Source of the DNA: an uncultured Candidatus Saccharibacteria bacterium
GTDB taxonomy: Bacteria > Patescibacteriota > Andersenbacteria > UBA10190
Direction of reading: 5' to 3'
Length of the DNA stretch: 64,000 bases
Assembly (NCBI GenBank): GCA_964371255.1
Contig: CAYJKV010000002.1
Location: forward strand, 2,553 to 66,552
The position numbers and the translations under genes were made by a program. Under the pieces are notes generated by a model that had not been told where the DNA came from, made no database searches, and saw only the letters and a list, made by a program, of their open reading frames with translations. Position 1 is the stretch's first letter, and each line of letters begins with the position of its first letter. Shown here piece by piece: positions 25,447 through 33,776 of this stretch.

Positions 25447-27738
25447 TCAGGGCGAAATCTCATAAACCCAGCTTTCCATCATCTGTTCCTTTTTACCCTC
25501 GCTCCTAATATGCTTAACTTCCCGCCACCTTCCCATCGGTTCCCATGACCTTGGTTCCAGGTTGGTAACCACTAACGTACGAATGTTTGTGGTTTCAATC
25601 CACGCTTGCTGTTTAGCTATCGACGGGTCATCTCGATAGTAAAAGGTATCGTCTGAAAAATATACTTCAGAAATTTGGTATAACCGGTCAAAGCCGTGCG
25701 GACCAGCCATCAGCCTAGCTGCCTGATTAGCCTCATAAATCACATAGTCTACCGCTGAATTTTCATTCAAGTGATCAATCGTGGGCGTTATTTTGTCTTG
25801 TAAAATAAAGATCGTAATTATTAACGGCGCTAGGAGAGCGAAGTGCAACAATGAACTGCCAACCAAAGCTGGTATCCTATATTTCCTGGGCTGTCCGATC
25901 GTGTACTCTTGTATATAGTGAAGCGGCAGGAACAAAGCTGTCGTCAGCATCAGCATGAGCAGCGGATAGTCCTGCTGGAAATGTTTCGGCATCGGATGAA
26001 ACCACAGCGCGATGAGTATTTGCGTCCCCAGCACCAGCCCAATCACTAATCCCCGCCAGCGCGTGTGGATGAGAAAAGGCACCGCACTCACCGCCATCAC
26101 GCCAGCTGTTAATTTCATAACGGCATCACTGAACTCCATCAGCGGTCCGTCTAGTTGTGATACGGATCGCAATATCATCACGAATAAAGTTGCCACTAGT
26201 GATGCCGCGATCGTCGCCAGCCCCACCACCCCCCACGACTGGTTTAGCCAGCGTTTTCTGACTGTTCCTCCGGAAATAAAAAGCCAAATCAGCGCGAACA
26301 CACCGCCGGCCAGCAAGAAAGGGTCTTTTAATTCAATATATTTTTCTTGGGACCAGGTTCTCCACCACAGCGATCCCAGGACTTGCCAGGTTGTTGCCGC
26401 GCTGGCCTGAAAAGTATTCCAGGAATCAACCAGTTGATTGCGTCCTCCCTCAAAATAAGACGTGAACAAAGGATTGCCGAACGTAACTGTGTTATTAATA
26501 AAAAACGGTAACACAAATATCAGCAGCGGAATCATCAGGCGGGCATATCCTTTCCACCATAATTGTTTTTTCAGTGCCAGTGTTCCCAGGACAAGGATTG
26601 CTGCCAATGCCAACCCTTCCTGTCGGGTCATCGCCGCGAAGCCCAAGGTGATGCTCAGTCCCCATTGTGCCCATTTATGCTCAAGGGACAAATATAGCCA
26701 TAGTGCTAATAACAGAAGAAAAGTGTAGAAGGTATATGGCTCCGGCCGCAGTGACGTCAAGAAAAAATCTTTTTGCCAAGACAGCAATATCGGGGCGGCC
26801 GCCTGCACGCTCCACGGCAGCCGCAGTTTTTTCGCTAACAGCGCGACCATCACTGCACTGCCGCCGGCGCTTAAGATAGATAAAAAACGCATCCACCAAA
26901 TATCATCAATCTTACTTAAATATGCCGGTACCAGCAGTAATGGCCATCCCGGCAAACGTTTTTCCACCGCAAAAGGATTTTTCAGCTCCGTAATTTGCTT
27001 GGTGATAGAAAGATAATTATATGCATCTCCTCCGCTGACTCCCTTGAGGCCTTGCGATATACTCATTCGGACACCGACCGTCAGGCAGAAAATTATTAGC
27101 AGGCAAGACACATATAGTCCCATTTGCCAGCGCCGGGACAAAGCCATAACCGACGGGGCAATCAATATCGCCACCACCACCAGCGTTGCTGTAAGCCCCC
27201 ACAAAATAGCCTGTCCCAGATTATAAACAGTGACCAGCTGGACAAAAAACTGCCTGGCCGCTTGCCAGAAGAGCACTCGTTCGCGTACTGCCAAAGCCAG
27301 TTGATCAGGACTACCCAACTCAAACCGCAGGCCAGCCGGATTGTCTTGCGTTGCCTCCGACGCAGTAAAATCCACTCGAACCTGATTGCCTGGAATTTCC
27401 AGGTCGGGAAAATCAGCCCAGACAAAACTATCGTCCGTAATTTTCTCGGCTGGGATATTTTGCTCAGCCAGCAGAACACTTTCCAGGGTATAAACGGTTA
27501 CCTTGACTGGCGTGAGTTGTGGCGCGCGTCGCAGATTCACCAGAATTGACCCAACACCCCTCAGCTTTCCGTTCACTGTAATGACTTGGGATTTTATACG
27601 TTTACCGTAAAGCGCGTGATGCGCCGCATATTCATCCGTACCGACATTAATAATACGCTGCTGATCCACCGGATAAAAAACCGCTAATCCAACAAGTAAT
27701 ATTATGGCACAAGCAATGATCAATAGATTTTTGTTCAC
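25447..27738 (-). CDS. large polytopic membrane protein, GT-C-fold glycosyltransferase-like (ArnT/PMT family-like)
   Basis: 763 aa with an N-terminal TM, a ~180 aa extracytoplasmic domain, then more than ten TM helices with the short loops typical of the PMT/ArnT superfamily. Assignment is by architecture only. Confidence 0.5.
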   Translation of the reverse strand: MNKNLLIIACAIILLVGLAVFYPVDQQRIINVGTDEYAAHHALYGKRIKSQVITVNGKLRGVGSILVNLRRAPQLTPVKVTVYTLESVLLAEQNIPAEKITDDSFVWADFPDLEIPGNQVRVDFTASEATQDNPAGLRFELGSPDQLALAVRERVLFWQAARQFFVQLVTVYNLGQAILWGLTATLVVVAILIAPSVMALSRRWQMGLYVSCLLIIFCLTVGVRMSISQGLKGVSGGDAYNYLSITKQITELKNPFAVEKRLPGWPLLLVPAYLSKIDDIWWMRFLSILSAGGSAVMVALLAKKLRLPWSVQAAAPILLSWQKDFFLTSLRPEPYTFYTFLLLLALWLYLSLEHKWAQWGLSITLGFAAMTRQEGLALAAILVLGTLALKKQLWWKGYARLMIPLLIFVLPFFINNTVTFGNPLFTSYFEGGRNQLVDSWNTFQASAATTWQVLGSLWWRTWSQEKYIELKDPFLLAGGVFALIWLFISGGTVRKRWLNQSWGVVGLATIAASLVATLFVMILRSVSQLDGPLMEFSDAVMKLTAGVMAVSAVPFLIHTRWRGLVIGLVLGTQILIALWFHPMPKHFQQDYPLLMLMLTTALFLPLHYIQEYTIGQPRKYRIPALVGSSLLHFALLAPLIITIFILQDKITPTIDHLNENSAVDYVIYEANQAARLMAGPHGFDRLYQISEVYFSDDTFYYRDDPSIAKQQAWIETTNIRTLVVTNLEPRSWEPMGRWREVKHIRSEGKKEQMMESWVYEISP

Positions 27739-27900
27739 TCCCCTATCATAATCTGAGAACTACTAAGTGAGAATGCACGCTCCAAACTGACAATGGCATT
27801 TTGGTATGCTAAATAACCTAGGCGTACATTTCCCATTCAAGTTCTAGCGGTTGGTTGCCAAGCTATATTCCCCTGCTGTGAAGTATCGCTGGGGCTATTT

Positions 27901-28254
27901 TTACTTTTTATATTCAGTCCGTGCGTAACTTTCAAAATGGATTTTCTCGTCGTTAAATACTTCAATCACTTCAAACTCGCCTGTCGTAAATAACTTTCCC
28001 CTGACCATAAAATGCTTTGCCCATTTAATCACAACGCTTGCCACCGGTCTCGATAATTTTTCATCGCCCTGCGTTTGCAGCAGCGGAATTTCCCCATGCA
28101 GCCAATAAAGTCGTTGGCCGTTCTTCAGGAACGGATAAACTTTGCCAGTCTCCAGCGGAAGCGGGATGCATTCCGCCTTTTTTCTCCGTCCAGCCTCAAA
28201 CTCAGCGATATTCCTCAGCGCTAAATCCGGGTTAAATTCCACCTGTATACCCAT
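27901..28254 (-). CDS. hypothetical protein (possible PUA/ASCH-like small beta-barrel)
   Basis: 117 aa with no clear motif. Coding assignment rests on ORF length and context. Confidence 0.45.
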   Translation of the reverse strand: MGIQVEFNPDLALRNIAEFEAGRRKKAECIPLPLETGKVYPFLKNGQRLYWLHGEIPLLQTQGDEKLSRPVASVVIKWAKHFMVRGKLFTTGEFEVIEVFNDEKIHFESYARTEYKK

Positions 28255-28466
28255 TTCTAAAGTGTATCAAAGGAGCAACAAATATTACTAATTTGCGCCA
28301 AATGTCCGCTATCCTTCGTCAGTTATCTGCCGTCCTTATGTGCCAGGTAAAAAAATACTAAATATTCATGACAGATGCTCTTATCTGTGATAGAAAGAAT
28401 TGACGATATTTACGCGGGAAACCTGTACCTTTTCATATCTATTTAGAACAAGAAAAGGAGGCTGCC

Positions 28467-28688
28467 ATGATCCATGTTACTGATAAACCCTGGTCCGGCA
28501 AAATTAACAGTCAGCGCCGTACGCTCAAGTGCCGACAACTCCGCACGATACATAACAAAGAGCATTCCAGACAGCCGTTCAAGGAATGGGCTCGACAAAA
28601 TTTTGATCAGCTGAAGGCCATGTATCCCGGACGTAATCCGACTCCCATGCTGTGCAGTAAAGCGCTCATTACCTACTGCCGGTTTTAA
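28467..28688 (+). CDS. small basic hypothetical protein (73 aa)
   Basis: Strong Shine-Dalgarno AAAGGAGG 6 nt before the ATG, and a weak hairpin plus T7 run downstream (accgc...gcggttttttt) around 28730-28760. Confidence 0.45.
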   Translation: MIHVTDKPWSGKINSQRRTLKCRQLRTIHNKEHSRQPFKEWARQNFDQLKAMYPGRNPTPMLCSKALITYCRF

Positions 28689-29084
28689 TCATGCAATACT
28701 GGCAGCAATTATTCTCCTGTCCCCCCTTCTCTTTCACCGCCGAATCCTCGCGCGGTTTTTTTCTGCTAAATTTAAGTTATAAATACCATAATCAGGGGCC
28801 CATAGCGCTGTAGAGCTGCTTTTATCCTTCCCTTTCAGCTACTGTTAGCCAGTGTGTTCAAAAAGGTACAGCAACTTTTTCTGTCCGATTAATAATCCCC
28901 TCCTGTCCGCAACTGGTATGGACATTGGGAATGTATTTAATATCTCACCCCAGTCAAATTCTTTTACGGGCGGAGTACTTTATGTCGGCTCTGCTTTGCA
29001 TTAGGGATTACCTCAAAACCAGATCAGGTACCTTGAGTGAGACCACATCGGGGCCAAACTAATACAACTATCAACAAAAAGATT

Positions 29085-29501
29085 CTACCGAGCACATCTA
29101 TTACAGATCCCGGAGAATTCGAGGTTGTGTCTAGTCACTTGCTGAAACGACGTCAACGCCAAACGTGGTTCCTCACAACATGCCGTCACTGCCTCCACCA
29201 GCCCGCACTTTTCGCAGACAAGGTGATGGTGGTGTGGCTTATCAGCGGCTTCATAGCTGGCAGTGCCCTTCTTGAGGCATATCTCATGTAGTAAGCGAGC
29301 ACGCACAAGTGAACCAAGAATTCGGTACACGGTTGCTTGGTCAGGTTTTTCAGACGTGCTGCTCAAAGCATCCAAAATCTGTTGCACATCCATCGGCTTA
29401 TCAAAAGCGTATAGCAAATCAAGGATCGCCACTCGCGAAGGCGTAGCTTTCAGACCCGCTCCTCTTAATTGATCCTTTAGTAATTCTTTTTTTTGTCTCA
29501 T
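29085..29501 (-). CDS. zur: Fur-family metalloregulator, probably Zur
   Basis: Fur-family winged helix with HHHHLVCEKCG and a C-terminal CxxC. Diverges from znuA. The start is taken as the second Met (MRQKKELL); the track ORF starts at 29531. Confidence 0.8.
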   Translation of the reverse strand: MRQKKELLKDQLRGAGLKATPSRVAILDLLYAFDKPMDVQQILDALSSTSEKPDQATVYRILGSLVRARLLHEICLKKGTASYEAADKPHHHHLVCEKCGLVEAVTACCEEPRLALTSFQQVTRHNLEFSGICNRCAR

Positions 29502-29515
29502 GTAATGACTATACT

Positions 29516-29530
29516 TGCAAATAATTCGCA
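29516..29530. promoter_or_regulatory. Fur/Zur-box-like imperfect palindrome TGCAAATAATTCGCA (operator candidate 1)
   Basis: Palindrome with 6 of 7 positions matching per half-site, 15-30 nt upstream of the zur start, inside the zur/znuA divergent region. Confidence 0.4.
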
Positions 29531-29562
29531 ATCATGCAAGAGTATATTCAATAATCACAAAT

Positions 29563-29575
29563 GCAAATAATTTGC
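29563..29575. promoter_or_regulatory. perfect 13 nt palindrome GCAAAT-A-ATTTGC (operator candidate 2) upstream of znuA
   Basis: Exact inverted repeat read from the sequence, ~32 nt upstream of the znuA ATG. It has the same half-site as candidate 1. Confidence 0.45.
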
Positions 29576-29606
29576 GTCTAATCATAATAACGATTTAGCC
29601 CACCCT

Positions 29607-30572
29607 ATGAAAAAACCTTTACAAAACACAATGATTATCGGAACAGGAACAATCATTACTATTGCCCTGATAGCATGGTTTATCATCACTGACCAAACTC
29701 ACGATCCCCTTCTCCCTAATAACCGGGTTATCGTCGCTACCTCTATCTTCCCTCTGACAGACATCGCTGAAAATATTGGCGGTCAACACATCACTGTGGT
29801 CCAACTCCTTCCCTCCGGCGCTTCCCCCCATAGCTATACCCTGACTCCCAGTCAGCTCACCAACATTCAAAACGCCAAGGCCCTCTTTGTCATCGGCCAT
29901 AATCTCGATACGTGGGCTACAACGACTGTAACCAGAGCAACCAACATTCCAACAGTGGTAGTGGATAATAATATCGCATTACAAGCATTCGGTGGCGAAC
30001 ATGAGCACGAGCACGAAGACGGAGATGAAGAACATGAGGAAGAAAACCATAATCACGACCATGAAGCAGGAGCGATAGATCCACATTATTGGCTCACGGT
30101 TCCTAACGCTCAAGAAATTGCTAAGACAATTGCGTTAACTCTTCAGAACGCTGATCCAGTGCACAGCAGTTATTATGCACAGAATTTACAGGACTATTTA
30201 ACTGAGCTTGATGAGGTAGAAGCCGAACTGCAGGCTCTGGCACACCAAGCACATCAGGCTGAGTTTATCGCCATCCACGACGCTTGGCGGTATCTCGCCG
30301 ACCACTATGGTCTCAGGTTAGTGGCAACATATGAGCCGGTCGAAGGACGGGAACCATCCATCCGGGACATACAGGAGTTACAAGAAATTATTACCAAGCA
30401 TAACATTCATACCTTCTTTACCGAACCGCAGAAACAATCAACTGGCGCTGCCAGGTTTCTGCAACAGGATTTAGGACTGAAAATAAAAGTGCTTGATCCG
30501 ATTGGCGGGACCAAGAACACAAACAGTTATGTCGCAATGATGCGAGAAAACATCAAAGCTATTGCGCAATAA
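29607..30572 (+). CDS. znuA: zinc ABC transporter substrate-binding protein (ZnuA/TroA family) with His/Glu-rich metal-binding loop
   Basis: N-terminal TM/signal, TroA-fold motifs, and the loop GEHEHEHEDGDEEHEEENHNHDHE. Confidence 0.9.
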   Translation: MKKPLQNTMIIGTGTIITIALIAWFIITDQTHDPLLPNNRVIVATSIFPLTDIAENIGGQHITVVQLLPSGASPHSYTLTPSQLTNIQNAKALFVIGHNLDTWATTTVTRATNIPTVVVDNNIALQAFGGEHEHEHEDGDEEHEEENHNHDHEAGAIDPHYWLTVPNAQEIAKTIALTLQNADPVHSSYYAQNLQDYLTELDEVEAELQALAHQAHQAEFIAIHDAWRYLADHYGLRLVATYEPVEGREPSIRDIQELQEIITKHNIHTFFTEPQKQSTGAARFLQQDLGLKIKVLDPIGGTKNTNSYVAMMRENIKAIAQ

Positions 30573-30922
30573 GTTCGGCGCCGATCCCAGGTCGGAGATA
30601 TATTCTATAAAACTATCAACACACAAATCCTGTCCGCACTAGGCGACCCCTTCAGGTCCACACCTGGTGTGGAGAGAGGGAATACATCGACCAATTTTAC
30701 GAGCCGACCAGCCTTGCCAGTACAGGCGGACCGCCTGCATCCGGATACGAGGCAAACGAGGGTTTTGTGAGTATGACATGGTCATAGTGTGACACCGAGG
30801 GGTGGTGCCAAGCTATTGAACCATTACGATAAATTTGACTATATTTGCCATATATGCTACATTACCAATTCTGATATTGCTGGTTCCTCCGCAACTAAAC
30901 CATATTTTACAGGGGTCAAGCC

Positions 30923-31108
30923 ATGAGCAATATTTGCTTTGGTCGGTTCATTAGGGGTGGCAAAACATATAACTGCTCTTACGATCCCGATGAGCGAAAC
31001 CGAAAAGGAGAATTAGTCCGGTACTGGAAAAGCAAACCATTCGCCACTAACTTCTACCGCGCGCCGGATCAGTGTCGAGTTAAGCCCAAGGACATTCACT
31101 CTCTTTGA
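30923..31108 (+). CDS. possible small protein (61 aa) inside an 870 bp non-coding stretch
   Basis: AGGGG about 9 nt upstream of the ATG. Sequence is Cys- and Arg-containing. No homology recognized, so this may be spurious. Confidence 0.3.
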   Translation: MSNICFGRFIRGGKTYNCSYDPDERNRKGELVRYWKSKPFATNFYRAPDQCRVKPKDIHSL

Positions 31109-31380
31109 TTAGTCGCTGCCGCTCTTCAATCCAAAGTCGCTCGGTTCGCCCTGCGACTTTTTCTTTTCCCCCAGTTTGTTTAAGTGTCTTAAATTTATTC
31201 GCCACCATGGTCTAGAACCGTACTCTTGAGTTTTTAGGGGGATATGACAAAACCTTAGGGGGTGTTATTTAATAAAGCATATAACAAAATGTTACAGATT
31301 TTTGGGGGTTTACGAATGTAACATTTCGCTGAAAACAAGAAAGTTGAAGGATGATTAAAGTATAAGTGTTTCATTCTCAG

Positions 31381-31412
31381 AAAAAATAAAAAACCGCCAG
31401 TTACCTGGTGGG
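31381..31412 (-). terminator. rho-independent terminator for the NUDIX gene 31444..32151
   Basis: Minus-strand reading cccaccaggtaactggcgg followed by ttttttatttttt, 30 nt after the stop. Confidence 0.55.
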
Positions 31413-31443
31413 AGTAGTTTAAGACATACTCAGGTCAAAGAAC

Positions 31444-32151
31444 TTACTTCAGACTTGCCCATCCTCCGTGGAGTTCGAGTCCGAGATGGAAAACGGTGGC
31501 CAAAGCGAGCCACTCAATCACGACTCCTTGCTGACCCTGCTCGAACAGGAAATTTTGCACCTGCGTTAGAGGACCAAACCAGCACGCCTCTGGGATAACC
31601 ACTTCACGTTGAGGCGGTTGGGCCGGTTTGCGAACCAGGGCTAGACGCGTGGTATATAGCTCGGCGTTCGTGCCAGCATCATTAGCGGCCGGAAAGATTA
31701 CGAGCGGGGCTGTCTGGATGACATCTTTGTCACCATCAAGCCCGTATTCTTCCACCACTTCCCGAATGCCTGTTACCAGCGTGTCCTCGCTGCCTTCACC
31801 GACGCCACCGGGGAATTCGAGTTGGTAATTGACGGTCAAGTCAATTGGGTACTCGAAGTAGGTCACCGGACGGTCAGCCGCAAGTACCAGCGTTGAAAAG
31901 TTATCAAGACCAGTTAAGCGCAGCGTTTTCAAGAACGACGGTAACGTATTCGCCGGACTTTCTTCCTGAATGAGGGTTGCGTCTTCATTCAGACAGATGA
32001 CCATCATCTTGGCTGCGAGCAAGTTGCTCTTGTTTTCATTGTGAGCAGCCAACTCGCGTGGCCCTGCTGCGGTCTGCACTTTGTAAAAGCTGTTGAAGTA
32101 GCCCTTGTGCAAACATTCCATTTGGTCACGGCGAAAAATGGTTCGTGGCAT
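31444..32151 (-). CDS. NUDIX hydrolase (second copy in the window)
   Basis: Perfect Nudix box GGVGEGSEDTLVTGIREVVEEYGL (G-x5-E-x7-REUxEExGU). Confidence 0.7.
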   Translation of the reverse strand: MPRTIFRRDQMECLHKGYFNSFYKVQTAAGPRELAAHNENKSNLLAAKMMVICLNEDATLIQEESPANTLPSFLKTLRLTGLDNFSTLVLAADRPVTYFEYPIDLTVNYQLEFPGGVGEGSEDTLVTGIREVVEEYGLDGDKDVIQTAPLVIFPAANDAGTNAELYTTRLALVRKPAQPPQREVVIPEACWFGPLTQVQNFLFEQGQQGVVIEWLALATVFHLGLELHGGWASLK

Positions 32152-32295
32152 TTGTCTACTCCTATTTCTGGAAAGGACAGGGGTGATCTAAAAACAGTGA
32201 TACCGACCTCTCTGATTAGCATATAACGATATTAATGTCAAGCACGAGCTTGGTGAAGTTACCTACAGTTTACAACTGGCACTATCCTTGCTGCT

Positions 32296-32664
32296 GTGGC
32301 TGACATTACTTACAGTCTCTACGCCAGAAAGGCGACTGAAAGCGACGAACTCCAAACCCTTTCTATCAATTCTCAAATTAAGGAAATGCTGGATCAGGCT
32401 GAACGGGACGGGGTCCGGGTGAGAGAAATCAGAAGGAAAAGCCATTCGGCCATCCGCTGCCGGGGGTTTATGCAGAGCATGCTCAAGCAAAACGATGATG
32501 CTATTAAAACAACCAACGTGGATATCCGCGACTACGCTAAGCACATCCTCCTCACAGGCAAGCGAGAGGACAAACAAGCGATTATGGCCGGCGTCACAAC
32601 CACGCTGTATTTGAAATCCAAGACAATTTGGACGAGGAAGCCACCAGGACAGCAAACCCTATAA
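32296..32664 (+). CDS. hypothetical protein (122 aa)
   Basis: Preferred over the overlapping antisense ORF 32263..32655 on amino-acid composition. No motif. Confidence 0.4.
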   Translation: MADITYSLYARKATESDELQTLSINSQIKEMLDQAERDGVRVREIRRKSHSAIRCRGFMQSMLKQNDDAIKTTNVDIRDYAKHILLTGKREDKQAIMAGVTTTLYLKSKTIWTRKPPGQQTL

Positions 32665-33420
32665 TTTCTCTACTAGGACATTCTTTACGAACGCTTTTTC
32701 GTGACCCGAATTGCGAAATCCAATTGATCCATACTCTAGCGTCATAGGAAATGGAATTCGTGATACTGGATACTCGTCGCTATGCTTGTATTGGATTATC
32801 ACGACGCCTGATGGGATGTCCCAAACACGATCAAATAGCTCCTTTCCATTTGAGTCGGCAATAATAATTCGTATTCTTTTGTTGTCGCAACTTATCTTGC
32901 ACCTGTACCACTTATCTTGAGACAAAGAATTTTCAAAAGTCAGTTTTGCGTCTTTGTGTTCCCAAATACTCCAACCGTCGTTGATTCTAACATGTGGCCG
33001 GATGCCCTCTAGCGTAAATTGCAGCATCACATAATTTGCCAGGTTTACTGCTCGTAGTATTACGCCAAGGCACGTGTTCATGGCTTTGAAGTCAAAGCTA
33101 AACTCGTAATTGCTCCAAGTTAGACATTTAGAATAAATTACCCCTGGGTCTGCTTGGGTGACTACGAAGGCTTGGCTTTGTCTCTCATATTCAAATTTAC
33201 TGCTTCCCAGCCAATCATCCCTTTCACGTGGTTGCGATAATGGCAGGTAGTAAAAAGCCCGATCTCGTATTCTCAGGTAAATGACAGCCAGTAAAGAGGC
33301 AAAGATTACAAAAACTGAATATCGAGGCGTTAAAATTGCAGTCACCACCGCAACCAAAGAAGCCAGGATGTCGAACTTATACTCGCGGAGAAAATAATAT
33401 AGTTTCTTCATAGATAGCAA
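32659..33420 (-). CDS. membrane-anchored protein with a C-terminal concanavalin/LamG-like (DUF1080-like) domain
   Basis: Two N-terminal TM helices. The C-terminal end YGSIGFRNSGHEKAFVKNVLVEKL resembles the conserved tail of DUF1080 / 3-keto-disaccharide hydrolase-like domains. Confidence 0.45.
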   Translation of the reverse strand: MLSMKKLYYFLREYKFDILASLVAVVTAILTPRYSVFVIFASLLAVIYLRIRDRAFYYLPLSQPRERDDWLGSSKFEYERQSQAFVVTQADPGVIYSKCLTWSNYEFSFDFKAMNTCLGVILRAVNLANYVMLQFTLEGIRPHVRINDGWSIWEHKDAKLTFENSLSQDKWYRCKISCDNKRIRIIIADSNGKELFDRVWDIPSGVVIIQYKHSDEYPVSRIPFPMTLEYGSIGFRNSGHEKAFVKNVLVEKL

Positions 33421-33450
33421 ATGATAGAGTTTAGAACCTGTTTTTTAGTG

Positions 33451-33521
33451 TTCCGGGACGTGGATTCGAACCACGATTAGGAGATCCAAAGTCTCCCGTC
33501 CTGCCATTAGACGATCCCGGA
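33451..33521 (-). tRNA. tRNA-Gln (anticodon UUG)
   Basis: Hand-folded: acceptor UCCGGGA/UCCCGGA with U1-A72, anticodon stem GGAGA/UCUCC with loop CUUUGGA, T-loop GGUUCGAAUCC. Confidence 0.8.
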
Positions 33522-33746
33522 TTATAAAACTAAATAAACTTGGCTTTAGTATGAAGAGCCCTTGTTTCCCTTAACAAGCGCCCCTCGTAGCTTTAGCGAA
33601 GTGGATCCTTAGATTCATCCTGAGCTTGTCGAAGGACGATCCCGGAATAGCGTAGCTCTTCCAACTTACCCCAAAAAACCCTAATTTATCAACCTTTACT
33701 GCTTATCCCGCGTCTTTTAGTCATTAGGATTTAGGATTTGATTGGA

Positions 33747-33761
33747 CATTGGTCATTGGGA
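33747..33761. repeat. second copy of the 15 nt motif CATTGGTCATTGGGA, directly 3' of the dnaX stop codon and upstream of tRNA-Gln
   Basis: Exact match to 12406-12420 with similar flanks. Confidence 0.5.
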
Positions 33762-33776
33762 CTTGGTCATTCTATT

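Noticed and set aside
30573-31443. Long non-coding stretch examined for tmRNA, RNase P RNA or SRP RNA
   Set aside because: I could not find the universally conserved cores (tmRNA tRNA-like ends with GGUUCGA.UCC...CCA, RNase P AGGAAAGUCC, the SRP domain IV GGAA-tetraloop symmetric loop). It is left as an unassigned structured region.
32263-32655. 130 aa minus-strand ORF antisense to the 122 aa plus-strand ORF
   Set aside because: The two overlap almost completely. The minus-strand product is Cys/His/Leu-rich with low-complexity character, so the plus-strand ORF was kept, with low confidence.
23327-33521. tRNA-flanked interval considered as an integrative mobile element
   Set aside because: No integrase, recombinase, transposase, or duplicated tRNA 3' fragment is visible. 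Only the weaker 'possible accessory island' statement is retained as a finding.
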